Part shown: one piece after another, positions 1 to 8,451 of the stretch
How the letters are laid out: every line of letters begins with the position of its first letter
How positions within the stretch are numbered: position 1 is the stretch's first letter
Assembly (NCBI GenBank): GCA_043813875.1
Contig: JBDRKP010000075.1
Coordinates: forward strand, 1-32,654
DNA length: 32,654 nt
Reading direction: 5' to 3'
Source: an archaeon
GTDB lineage: Archaea; EX4484-52; B79-G9
The notes under the pieces: generated by a model
Databases searched by the model: none
What the model was told of the DNA's origin: nothing
What the model saw: only the letters and a program-made list of their open reading frames with translations
Position numbers and translations under genes: made by a program

Positions 1-45
1 AAAAATTTCCGTGATAGTGTGTCTTTTTTGAAGCACCTAAATTGA
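1..45 (+). CDS. Possible 3' end of an upstream CDS (KNFRDSVSFLKHLN*)
   Basis: Frame 1 is open from base 1 to TGA at 43-45. Too short to verify. Confidence 0.25.
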   Translation, partial: KNFRDSVSFLKHLN

Positions 46-149
46 TATTTTATGCGTTAAAACGCACGCATTAAACCACGAATGCATTGGAAACAAAGGT
101 TGCGAGACTGAGCGATCATCACGTAAAAAATAGGCAGACCCTGGAATAT

Positions 150-167
150 GTAACCTTTATATATAAG
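150..167 (+). promoter_or_regulatory. Putative archaeal BRE/TATA promoter
   Basis: TAACCTTTATATATAAG lies ~60 nt upstream of the 224 ATG. The same TAACCTTTATA occurs upstream of tbp (~20767-20777). Confidence 0.5.
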
Positions 168-223
168 TAAACACAAAAATATGACTAAGTTAATTAAGTA
201 ATCATTATGGGGGTAGATTGTAA

Positions 224-733
224 ATGGTAAATATTTATAGTGTTTTTTCAAATCTGGCATCGCAGGGCTTTTTCGACATAGTTCTGCCTTGGATTCTGTT
301 TCTGTTGATATTTTTTGTAGTATTGGAGAAAGCGCCTTTCATGGATAAGGACACGACGAAGAAAAAGCAGATTACGATAATAATTTCTGCAATTCTTGCA
401 ATATTCGCAGTAATCTATATTCCACTGGGAGCGATTCTTGCGAATCTATTCGGTAATGCCGGTTTAGTCGTCGCAGGACTGCTCGTCGTGATAATATTGC
501 TTGGCTTGGCCGGAGTATCATTGACAGAGATGACTGGGAGCAGTAAGACGTTGCTTGGAATCCTGGTATTGGTGGTTGCAGCAATAGTATTCAGTTCTTC
601 AGGGGCATTAAATTTGAACATCAGTGACTCCACCTTGACGCTCCTATTCATGGCAGTGGTAGTCATCGCAGCAATTATCTATCTCGGCAACGAGCCGCCA
701 ACAGGTGGAGACGGAAAAGGTGAAAAAAAGTAA
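224..733 (+). CDS. Polytopic (about 5 TM) membrane protein of unknown function; paralog of 3154..3687
   Basis: 169 aa, almost entirely hydrophobic helices. GFFDIVLPWILFLLIFFVVLEK matches GFFEFLLPWLLFLAIMFALLKK of 3154..3687. Short charged tail ending in GEKK. Confidence 0.85.
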   Translation: MVNIYSVFSNLASQGFFDIVLPWILFLLIFFVVLEKAPFMDKDTTKKKQITIIISAILAIFAVIYIPLGAILANLFGNAGLVVAGLLVVIILLGLAGVSLTEMTGSSKTLLGILVLVVAAIVFSSSGALNLNISDSTLTLLFMAVVVIAAIIYLGNEPPTGGDGKGEKK

Positions 734-749
734 CTTTCTCGACATAAAC

Positions 750-800
750 GAGGGTTCAATCCCTCAGTTATTTTTTCTTTTTTTATAATTCTTTTTTCAG
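750..800 (+). terminator. Putative intrinsic terminator (hairpin plus oligo-T)
   Basis: GAGGG-TTCAAT-CCCTC stem-loop (750-765) followed by long T runs, between convergent genes. Confidence 0.5.
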
Positions 801-824
801 TTCATTTTCAGATACAATTTCAAT

Positions 825-1697
825 TCAATCAATTCTTAGATTGTTGAGGCATTCATTGCAATTACCGAAACATCTTATGGGTGCTCTAAAACCCTTATTT
901 CTATAATCCGCCAAGATATCGGCGTAAGAGCTATCCCTCACATTCCCTATTCTCGTCGTATCCCTGATTTTGCAGCATGGCGTGACATCACCCGATGCCG
1001 TGATGAACGGATAATCAGATAGCCTGCATACATTCATATAATAAGCGACACCGCCGTCAAAAGAGATATGATGGTGCTTGAGTCTTGCATTCGCCATCAG
1101 TTTCATCTTGATGAGGAACAACTCGGCAGTCGAGACCGACAGCCCATCATAAACACTCCCGCATCTGCCGGTATTGATAAGCCTCGAATAACCCATGTCG
1201 CAGACCCCTTTATTCCAGAGCATGTCGCTTAACTCACACAATTCCCCCTTATTCGCTTGAGTGATGACCGTATTCGACTGCACTTTGATGCCCTTTTCAC
1301 ACAAAAGCTCTATCGCCGCAATCGTCTTCTTGAAAGTCCCGCGACCACGCAGCCGGTCATTGGTCAGAGAGAGCCCGTCCACACTCACCTGCACAAGATC
1401 CACATCAACCTTTCTCGCGACATCCTCATCAATCAGCATGCAGTTAGAATTCAGCCTGACTTTCAGTCCTTTCTCTTTCGCATGATTGATGATCTCAAAG
1501 ATATCCTTGCGAAGAAGCGCCTCCCCTCCAGTCAGTTTCAGCCACTCTATCTTCATATCAGCAAATTCATCAATAAGGCTTATGATCTCATCAGTAGTCA
1601 ATTCATCTACAAGTGCATCATTACACGAAAACAGGCACATCCTGCATCGAAGATTACATGCCCTCGTGACCTCGAGTTCCGCCCATTTTTCAGCCAT
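825..1697 (-). CDS. Radical SAM protein with C-terminal SPASM/twitch-type domain
   Basis: CxxxCxxC motif (CNLRCRMC), LTGGEALLR, VSVDG, and C-terminal C...ITASGDVTPCC...IGNV...CxxxCxxC. ATG 1697 follows a GAGTGAT RBS; the ORF track starts at TTG 1703. Confidence 0.9.
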   Translation of the reverse strand: MAEKWAELEVTRACNLRCRMCLFSCNDALVDELTTDEIISLIDEFADMKIEWLKLTGGEALLRKDIFEIINHAKEKGLKVRLNSNCMLIDEDVARKVDVDLVQVSVDGLSLTNDRLRGRGTFKKTIAAIELLCEKGIKVQSNTVITQANKGELCELSDMLWNKGVCDMGYSRLINTGRCGSVYDGLSVSTAELFLIKMKLMANARLKHHHISFDGGVAYYMNVCRLSDYPFITASGDVTPCCKIRDTTRIGNVRDSSYADILADYRNKGFRAPIRCFGNCNECLNNLRID

Positions 1698-1703
1698 CAG
1701 CAA

Positions 1704-2990
1704 TCACTCAAGCAGCCATTTCCACAGCGGCACAAAAACGATTTTTTTGCCGGAATGCTCCTCTTCACCTTCATAATCGTCAGTGATAACTGTCCCTTCA
1801 TCAAGCGCGAGCTCATCCATCCCTGAAATCAACCCTCTTATCTCCCGCTTCCTTGTCATCTCATCAGAAACATTATAAGATACCTGTATCGCCCGAGTTA
1901 TTTTCAATCCTTCCTTCAGAACAAAATCGATTTCCCTGTTTCCGCTGTCCCGCCAATAATATGCCTCCTTTCCTCTCCTCTTGAGCTCAGCAAAAACCGT
2001 ATTCTCAAATAACTGCCCAAGATTCTCCATGAACCTGAAAGAGACCGCGTTCCTAATGCCGTTATCCACACAATATATTTTCCTGGGATACTGCAACTGA
2101 TCTTTGATCTTATATGAGAACATGTATGTCGAATCAATCAGAAACGACTCCTTGATGAACGAAAAATAATTCTCAACAGTCATCACAGACACATTCAGCG
2201 TCTTTGCAAGCCGAGTATAATTATACTCCGACGCCACATTTGACAAAAGATAATACGCTATCTCCTCAATTTTCTCCGCATTCCTGATATTATTCTTTAA
2301 GATAACATCCTTCAGCAATATGCTCTCAAAATAAGTCTTCAATCGCTCTTTTTTGACCGTCTCCCTGTCCTCAAGCACCACTTCCGGGAACCCTCCGAAT
2401 TCAAGATACTCTGTTAGCGCTCGCCGTATACTTGTTTTATTTTTGATGATCTCTAATTTATCCATAAACCCGATATTCTTGAACGATAATGTTTCTGCAA
2501 AACTTAATGGCGTGACTTTTATCCTGAAATATCTGCCTGAAAGAAGATGCCCGTACTCATTGCTCAAAAGCGAAGATGTGGACCCCGAGATGATGAACTT
2601 GATCTTCCTGTCCTTGTCATATTTTGACTTGATCCATTTCTCCCATTGCGCTATATTCTGGATTTCATCAATAAAAAAATAAATATTGCCCTCCGGATTA
2701 GCCAATTCCAGATATGCCTCATATATTTTTTCAAGATTCTCTCCGAACCGCGAATCATCAAGATTGATATAGCACACATTCATTTTGCTGGTTTTTGCAA
2801 GTAACTCTCTTATGGCCTGATACATGATGGTTGTTTTACCTGATCGTCTGACACCTTCAATGATGATGATCTCTCGAGTGTTCATGAATTCATTGATGCG
2901 GGCAATATATTTCTCCCTCATGATACCTGTATCGTCAATCTTATCTAACCACCAATCGTTCCAATAGGCCAACGCCGATTTGATTTCCAT
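1704..2990 (-). CDS. AAA+ superfamily ATPase (AAA_14 plus DUF4143 type)
   Basis: Walker A GVRRSGKT, Walker B FFIDEIQ, SGS, GGFPE, KIYCVDNG, G.LFEN.V and EIDFV motifs characteristic of this family. Confidence 0.92.
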   Translation of the reverse strand: MEIKSALAYWNDWWLDKIDDTGIMREKYIARINEFMNTREIIIIEGVRRSGKTTIMYQAIRELLAKTSKMNVCYINLDDSRFGENLEKIYEAYLELANPEGNIYFFIDEIQNIAQWEKWIKSKYDKDRKIKFIISGSTSSLLSNEYGHLLSGRYFRIKVTPLSFAETLSFKNIGFMDKLEIIKNKTSIRRALTEYLEFGGFPEVVLEDRETVKKERLKTYFESILLKDVILKNNIRNAEKIEEIAYYLLSNVASEYNYTRLAKTLNVSVMTVENYFSFIKESFLIDSTYMFSYKIKDQLQYPRKIYCVDNGIRNAVSFRFMENLGQLFENTVFAELKRRGKEAYYWRDSGNREIDFVLKEGLKITRAIQVSYNVSDEMTRKREIRGLISGMDELALDEGTVITDDYEGEEEHSGKKIVFVPLWKWLLE

Positions 2991-3027
2991 AAGTCTTATA
3001 TGGTAATCAATGATTTAAATAATTATT

Positions 3028-3077
3028 GTTAATCATAATAAACAATATAACTAAAAATCGTTAATCATAATAAACAA
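3028..3077. repeat. Two perfect 18-bp direct repeats GTTAATCATAATAAACAA with a 32-bp period
   Basis: Copies at 3028-3045 and 3060-3077, in the divergent intergenic region upstream of the AAA ATPase. Confidence 0.85.
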
Positions 3078-3153
3078 CATTCCCAATTCAAAAACAATCA
3101 AAAATATATAAATAACCGCATTCAATAACATATAACAAAAAGAGGTCATCATC

Positions 3154-3687
3154 ATGCCGGCAGCAGAAGTAGCATCATCCGCATCATCATCAGGGCTATC
3201 GCCCATAGAGATCATGCTCGGCAACATGAACCGTCTCGGCTTCTTCGAATTTCTCCTCCCATGGCTCCTATTCCTTGCGATAATGTTTGCCCTGTTGAAG
3301 AAATCCCAGGTATTCGGCGAAGAGGTATCAGTCAATGCAGTGATCGCCGCCATCGTATCATTCTTCATAATCAACTACACGCCGATCGGCATGACACTCG
3401 GCACATTCTTCACCACACTATTCGGCATCGCATCCATAATAATCGCCGGACTATTAGTGGGAATCTTATTCCTCGGCATGGCCGGCATAAAGCCCGAAGA
3501 GCTCTTCGGCAAAGAGAACAAGACATTTCTTGCGATACTGCTCGGCTTCCTTGCCCTCATAGCATTCATCAGCGTCGGCGGCCTCTCATTCTTCAACATA
3601 GGTGGCGACCTCATGGCCACCATGGGCATGCTCCTGATAATGCTCTTTGCCGTGATGTTCATAGGAAAAGGCGACGACAAGAAATAA
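3154..3687 (+). CDS. Polytopic (about 5 TM) membrane protein of unknown function; paralog of 224..733
   Basis: 177 aa hydrophobic protein with GAGGT RBS. Shares GFF..LPW, I.AI, P(L/I)G...(N/T)LFG.A..I.AGLLV.I..LG.AG motifs with 224..733. Confidence 0.88.
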   Translation: MPAAEVASSASSSGLSPIEIMLGNMNRLGFFEFLLPWLLFLAIMFALLKKSQVFGEEVSVNAVIAAIVSFFIINYTPIGMTLGTFFTTLFGIASIIIAGLLVGILFLGMAGIKPEELFGKENKTFLAILLGFLALIAFISVGGLSFFNIGGDLMATMGMLLIMLFAVMFIGKGDDKK

Positions 3688-3797
3688 ACCCTATTCAGAA
3701 ATTCAGCAAAAAAATAACAACCTTCTCTTATCAATTATGTGTATTGCCCGCTAGAACTGATGCCTGGGCTTGAAACAATCAAAAAAACAGCCATTGA

Positions 3798-4811
3798 CTA
3801 TACTTTCTCATCATCATCCGAATCATCAAACGGATCCACATCATCATGAGCGCTAGCCTTCTTAACCGTCGCACTCTTTGCATGATGCCCCTCATCAATC
3901 ACAGGCTCATCAAACATATTACGTGAGTCATGTACCTCTTTCTTATTCTCATGGCTCTCCGAGAACAGATTATCTTTATGCGCTCTTCCATCCCTTCTAT
4001 CCTCTTCCTCAATATCCCCTGCCCCGAACTTATCCGTTGCAATCTCCTTGATCTCACGCACGCTATCAACCAGATTAGGCACGATATCCTTGAAAGCCCT
4101 CTCAAGCCCCGCGACTCTCGGTTCCATGTCAATGATTTTTGTAGTATTCTCCTTGATCTTCTCATGTATCAGGCCGGCCTCTTTCCGCCTCTCATCCTGC
4201 TGCCCATGTACCTCTGACTTGAACTCGCTTATGATCTGCTGGATGCTTTTTATCTGCGCATTAATCTCCTTGATCTCGACCTTAAGCGAATTCACACGCT
4301 CATTGACAACCGACTCCACAACCTCATAAACATTTTCACGTGCATCCGCCTCCATCTGCTGCTGTTGTCCCCCGGCATCCTCAGGCATACTGACATTATC
4401 CATACCGCCTCTCTCTGGAGCGATATTAGTAGAATCAGTCAGCTGCGTAGGTCTTCTGGAGAGATCCAGATCCTGGCTATCCATATTCCGCAAATCCTGG
4501 TCCAGGTATTGCTCTTGATACCCCTGCGCATTCCCCATATCCTGCGCCTGCGCAAATTGCTGCCCCGGTCCGCCATATCCCGCATCCATTTGCGGTCCTC
4601 CCACGACTTCATTTCGCACCGATTGATTCAGGGCATCATCTATCTCCTTGAAACTATAGCCTTCATCCTTGAGAGTGCGGATGATTTCCGACTCAGGAAG
4701 ACCCTTCGCAGTAAGTTCATTGATGACCCTGTGCGCATCCTTTCTCTCTTTTTTATCCGATGGCGCAGGACTGCCTTTCTTCGCAAATCTTCCAAACAGC
4801 TTGAACTTCAT
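3798..4811 (-). CDS. Cytoplasmic coiled-coil protein with N-terminal helical (HTH-like) domain and acidic tail
   Basis: 337 aa. N-terminal INELTAKGLPESEIIRTLKDEGYSFKEIDDAL, Q/G-rich linker, heptad region (EVVESVVNERV...LERAFKDIVPNLVDSVREIKEI). Start overlaps the stop of 4808..5176 (ATGA). Confidence 0.85.
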   Translation of the reverse strand: MKFKLFGRFAKKGSPAPSDKKERKDAHRVINELTAKGLPESEIIRTLKDEGYSFKEIDDALNQSVRNEVVGGPQMDAGYGGPGQQFAQAQDMGNAQGYQEQYLDQDLRNMDSQDLDLSRRPTQLTDSTNIAPERGGMDNVSMPEDAGGQQQQMEADARENVYEVVESVVNERVNSLKVEIKEINAQIKSIQQIISEFKSEVHGQQDERRKEAGLIHEKIKENTTKIIDMEPRVAGLERAFKDIVPNLVDSVREIKEIATDKFGAGDIEEEDRRDGRAHKDNLFSESHENKKEVHDSRNMFDEPVIDEGHHAKSATVKKASAHDDVDPFDDSDDDEKV

Positions 4812-5176
4812 AATCTCTCCTGTATTAGCTCTTCAACCTCTTTCTTAGTCACGAACTTACTTGTGATCGGATTTATAAGCTCAAGATAATTCTCAATCTC
4901 CTTAAGCTCCCTTCGTGATATCATCTCCTTGATCTCACGATTGATCTTCTGGATATCGACCTCCATATTCGCAAGCCGGTCAAGTATCTGCTTAGTCATA
5001 TTTTTAGTGGTCGTTTCATCATCAATCATGGTCTTTTTCTGCTTGATAGACTCGGTCTGCAGCGTATTCATCTGCTCTTTAAGATTCCTGATATTCTCCT
5101 CGATCTCCCGGATCCTTTTACTGTTATCGTTAACGCGATTGACGACATTATTGAGCATCACATTCATTGCAGGCAT
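4808..5176 (-). CDS. Small coiled-coil protein
   Basis: 122 aa with heptad pattern and C-terminal ELKEIENYLELINP..FVTKKEVEELI. Translationally coupled to 3798..4811. Confidence 0.85.
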   Translation of the reverse strand: MPAMNVMLNNVVNRVNDNSKRIREIEENIRNLKEQMNTLQTESIKQKKTMIDDETTTKNMTKQILDRLANMEVDIQKINREIKEMISRRELKEIENYLELINPITSKFVTKKEVEELIQERL

Positions 5177-5238
5177 ATACCCTTTATGTCCTCTTTAATA
5201 TATATCTTTTATCGAAAATCATTTCCAACCCGCGAAAA

Positions 5239-6558
5239 TCACCCGCAATTCATCTTTTCACTCGCCCTGTAATTCGCCCCGTCTGTACTGGTCGCCCTGA
5301 CAAACATATTGATCTCCCATTTAAGCGGCTCGATGCCGTCCTTTGTCGTCATGATGCTTGACAGATCCTGGCATGTCAAAGTGAGCTCAACATCCGTCTC
5401 ATACAATAGCCCGAAACTCACAGCGCAGCAGGTCTTGCACACATCATTTCCTACAGCTTCCCCGTAATCCATACCTATATCACCGAAATATTGCTCCTTT
5501 TTTTCCAAAGAGACAGTGCAATATTCTTTATCGGCCTTATCTTCCTCGCAATCAGGCATTTCACATACCGATTCACTGGACGTGCCGTCACATATCTTCC
5601 TCGTCGAATTGATTGCGCACTCATCCCTCTTGCAGCTTGCGCACGATTCAGAGCAACACAGATCAGACCCGTAATTCCTCGTCTTTTGACCGACAACAAC
5701 CGGCTTCTTGGTGGAAATGCACCGGATCACAGTCTGGCAATACACATTCTTCCCGCCGAAATACTCATCATTGTTCTCAAGCATCTTCCTTGCTTCATCC
5801 ACACCCTCAGCCACAGCTTTCTTGATTCCTCCCTCCCAGCACGGATAAGTCATGCCGAGCACCTCATCAGCGCGAGGACATACGGGTTTGTCACAAGAAC
5901 ACGACTCATGATTCAATCCCTGCGGTATTACATCACCGTCATTCAGTCTCTTGGCAATCATCTTCTTTATCTCGTCATTTTCAACCCATCTTTTCAATAC
6001 CTCATAGTCGCGCCAGAAATTATTCGGTCCGGTATTCTTCTCAACAATCCATTCATCCGTACTGGCATACGCGCTTCGGTCACTGATTTTGATCTCAATC
6101 CCGTCACCTCTGGCAGCAATCATATCCTTATCCGGCGAATAATCCGTATTTATGCAGGATGCAGGCTCGACATCAATCAAAAGAGGCCCGTTCCTTTCCT
6201 CAATCATAGCTATATACGAATTAAGACCATCCATCGTCTCGTCATTGACTATCGCCTGCATCTCATCAACATCCGGTACCTGTGGAATCACACACTGCCA
6301 GTATCGCGTATCATTGCTATTCGACCCCCCGCTCCTCGCGGCGATATCCACAGCATGACTCACAGCCATCCCGAAAGAAGACTCGACATAAGACTGGATT
6401 TTTTCCGTTTCCTCATTCAGTCTCAGAAAGACAAGGCTTTCAGTTGATGTTATCTTCTGATTGATACCGAGATTCGCATTATACTGGACCCATATAAGAC
6501 CCCCCATTGCAAGCCCGATTGTTATGAAACCCAATATCGCCATACTGATGCCTTTCAT
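5239..6558 (-). CDS. Large class III signal peptide (pilin-like) protein with Cys-rich C-terminal half
   Basis: MKG|ISMAILGFITIGLAMGGLIWV, followed by a long helix and many Cys (CCSESCASC, CKTCC). Start at ATG 6558 (GGTG RBS) or 6579. Confidence 0.75.
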   Translation of the reverse strand: MKGISMAILGFITIGLAMGGLIWVQYNANLGINQKITSTESLVFLRLNEETEKIQSYVESSFGMAVSHAVDIAARSGGSNSNDTRYWQCVIPQVPDVDEMQAIVNDETMDGLNSYIAMIEERNGPLLIDVEPASCINTDYSPDKDMIAARGDGIEIKISDRSAYASTDEWIVEKNTGPNNFWRDYEVLKRWVENDEIKKMIAKRLNDGDVIPQGLNHESCSCDKPVCPRADEVLGMTYPCWEGGIKKAVAEGVDEARKMLENNDEYFGGKNVYCQTVIRCISTKKPVVVGQKTRNYGSDLCCSESCASCKRDECAINSTRKICDGTSSESVCEMPDCEEDKADKEYCTVSLEKKEQYFGDIGMDYGEAVGNDVCKTCCAVSFGLLYETDVELTLTCQDLSSIMTTKDGIEPLKWEINMFVRATSTDGANYRASEKMNCG

Positions 6559-6572
6559 TTTAAAAACACCTT

Positions 6573-7085
6573 TCACCATACATATAGATACACAACCACG
6601 TTTTCCTTCGAATCAGGCATAGGGATGACAATTGCATGCGCCATTATCCCGATATTTTCCGGAGGAGGCCCGTTTACTTCAAACGACCTGATATCCTCTT
6701 TTTCAACAAAAAAATAATAATTATAATCCGCAATCGTCCGATCAAGATATTGTTTGACAACATTCTTTGGATTGACCTTGGCACTCACCGCCATATATTC
6801 ATAATTACGTCCTTTATCACCGAACTGCTGCGATTTCCCGATAACTTCTGTGATAGTATCATCAGATCCAGCCGGTTTTATATAATACATATTCATCAGC
6901 ACAATCTCTGCATACCTGTATTTTTGCTGGTCTGCAAATATCTTTGAAGACTCGACTTTCTGGCTCTGCGTGACATAAAAGAAATAAAGAAAAATCACAG
7001 ACACAATAATTACTATCGCCATGATATTAAGCATGGATTCCTGTCCCTTCCTGTGGCGTTTTTCTAAAATTCGATACATCAACAT
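6573..7085 (-). CDS. Class III signal peptide (type IV pilin-like) protein
   Basis: RHRKG|QESMLNIMAIVIIVSVIFLYFFYV; 170 aa. Confidence 0.8.
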   Translation of the reverse strand: MLMYRILEKRHRKGQESMLNIMAIVIIVSVIFLYFFYVTQSQKVESSKIFADQQKYRYAEIVLMNMYYIKPAGSDDTITEVIGKSQQFGDKGRNYEYMAVSAKVNPKNVVKQYLDRTIADYNYYFFVEKEDIRSFEVNGPPPENIGIMAHAIVIPMPDSKENVVVYLYVW

Positions 7086-7100
7086 ACCCTCTATTCCATC

Positions 7101-7862
7101 TCAATCACGTACACTCAACCTTTTCTCCCGCGGATCATATTTAATGATGGTATAGTGCATCCCCGGCTCAAGTTTATTGAATTCGATATTACTGAAACTC
7201 AGCGTCTTGCAGACCTCCTTTTCATCAGTCGCAAGGCATATCATTTTTTTCCCATCCACATCATTCATCATGACCGGATAATCAAGCCTTATTGTGATTT
7301 TTGCAGTCACATCTTTTTTTGTTTCAGAACCGATCTTATAGACATTCTCAATCCGCCCGACAATAGATTCAAGATCCCCTTGCATGACCTTGAAATTAAT
7401 AACTCCTGGATTTACGGCTCCATCATCATATTTTATCGCAACAGGCATAGTCATGACCTGTTCATGCTTCAGTGCTTTATAAATTGACCCTTCGCTCTCA
7501 CCGAATTGCCATGATTTGCCGCCTGACAGTACATCTTCAACCACTGCGCTCCACCCTAACTTTTCATCATTCATACACGGCGCCTCACGATTGACGAAAT
7601 CCTTGTTAAGCTCATCAAGCTTACCTGCACTCACAAGATACGGATAACTGGTTGAATTGTCCGCAATGCATCTGATGATGCTATCAAACATCGAAGCAGA
7701 CTTTATCTTGAAATAATACTCATCGGCTTCATTGGATATGTATATATTTACCTGCATTGTTTTCATCACAAACATTGCGAATATGCTGATCAGAACGATC
7801 AGCATTACCGGTTTCGTGAATATGCTTATCTGCGCCTTTCTATTCTGCTTTTTGATCGCCAT
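7101..7862 (-). CDS. Class III signal peptide (pilin-like) protein; paralog of 13458..14225
   Basis: Likely start ATG 7862 (GAGG RBS): MAIKKQNRKA|QISIFTKPVMLIVLISIFAMFVM. Shares KLDE.N, E.(P).C, GW.A.V.D, W.FG, P.AI, NPG.I and GDLE motifs with 13458..14225. Confidence 0.82.
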   Translation of the reverse strand: MAIKKQNRKAQISIFTKPVMLIVLISIFAMFVMKTMQVNIYISNEADEYYFKIKSASMFDSIIRCIADNSTSYPYLVSAGKLDELNKDFVNREAPCMNDEKLGWSAVVEDVLSGGKSWQFGESEGSIYKALKHEQVMTMPVAIKYDDGAVNPGVINFKVMQGDLESIVGRIENVYKIGSETKKDVTAKITIRLDYPVMMNDVDGKKMICLATDEKEVCKTLSFSNIEFNKLEPGMHYTIIKYDPREKRLSVRD

Positions 7863-8367
7863 CTGCCTCACAATCATTACATTCCCTATCACATACATCA
7901 AATATCCTGCATCCCTCATCGCATACATCATCATTCGGATCGCATACATCCGGGCATTTGCCATCAGTTAGATCAATAATCCCATCCCTTTTACGTATGC
8001 ATATAATCTTGGCATTTTCTATATTCGCATCAGATATATTTTCCCTCACAAGATCATGCACAGCTTCTCTTGACGGGTAATTCAGGGACAATTTTCTGTC
8101 CTTGATCACCAGTTTGTACGTCTCAATCGGCGGATTAAAAGAATATTCAACAATATCTTGTCTGGATATATATACCCTGCTTATTTTCATTTTGAGGTCA
8201 TTTGCGAATCCGTCTTCAGAAGAACTGAAAACATTATCCGCCTGATACATTGTAAGATTGTAGAACGACACAAAAAACAGCATCGCAGCTAATATGCCGC
8301 CAATCATGAGAATTGACTCAACCGTGACTGATACTCCCTTTCGTATTCTTCCATTAGAGCAAAGCAT
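7840..8367 (-). CDS. Class III signal peptide (pilin-like) protein with short Cys/Asp-repeat tail; paralog of 14322..15266
   Basis: Likely start ATG 8367 (GGAGAG upstream): RIRKG|VSVTVESILMIGGILAAMLFFVSF. C-terminal ICIRK...CDPNDDVCDEGC..DVCDREC. Confidence 0.8.
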   Translation of the reverse strand: MLCSNGRIRKGVSVTVESILMIGGILAAMLFFVSFYNLTMYQADNVFSSSEDGFANDLKMKISRVYISRQDIVEYSFNPPIETYKLVIKDRKLSLNYPSREAVHDLVRENISDANIENAKIICIRKRDGIIDLTDGKCPDVCDPNDDVCDEGCRIFDVCDRECNDCEADGDQKAE

Positions 8368-8451
8368 ATTCAATTTATATCTCTCCTGCAATATAAAGTT
8401 TGAGAGTTTCAGCCAATAATTCGCTGCTGAGAAGCTGCCATAAAACAAAAT

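Noticed and set aside
750..765. GAGGGTTCAATCCCTC resembles a tRNA T-arm or att-site remnant
   Set aside because: The loop is 6 nt, there is no acceptor or anticodon arm, no match to the tRNA-Ala 3' end and no integrase. A terminator hairpin explains it better.
3028..3077. Direct repeats as a mini-CRISPR array
   Set aside because: Only two 18-bp copies with a 14-bp spacer, and no cas genes.
5491..6447. 318-aa plus-strand ORF and other long antisense or alternate-frame ORFs (e.g. 1257..1826, 3261..3773, 4365..4889, 30639..31175)
   Set aside because: They are shadows of well-supported genes, with implausible composition and no motifs. Strand-biased codon usage depletes stop codons in these frames.
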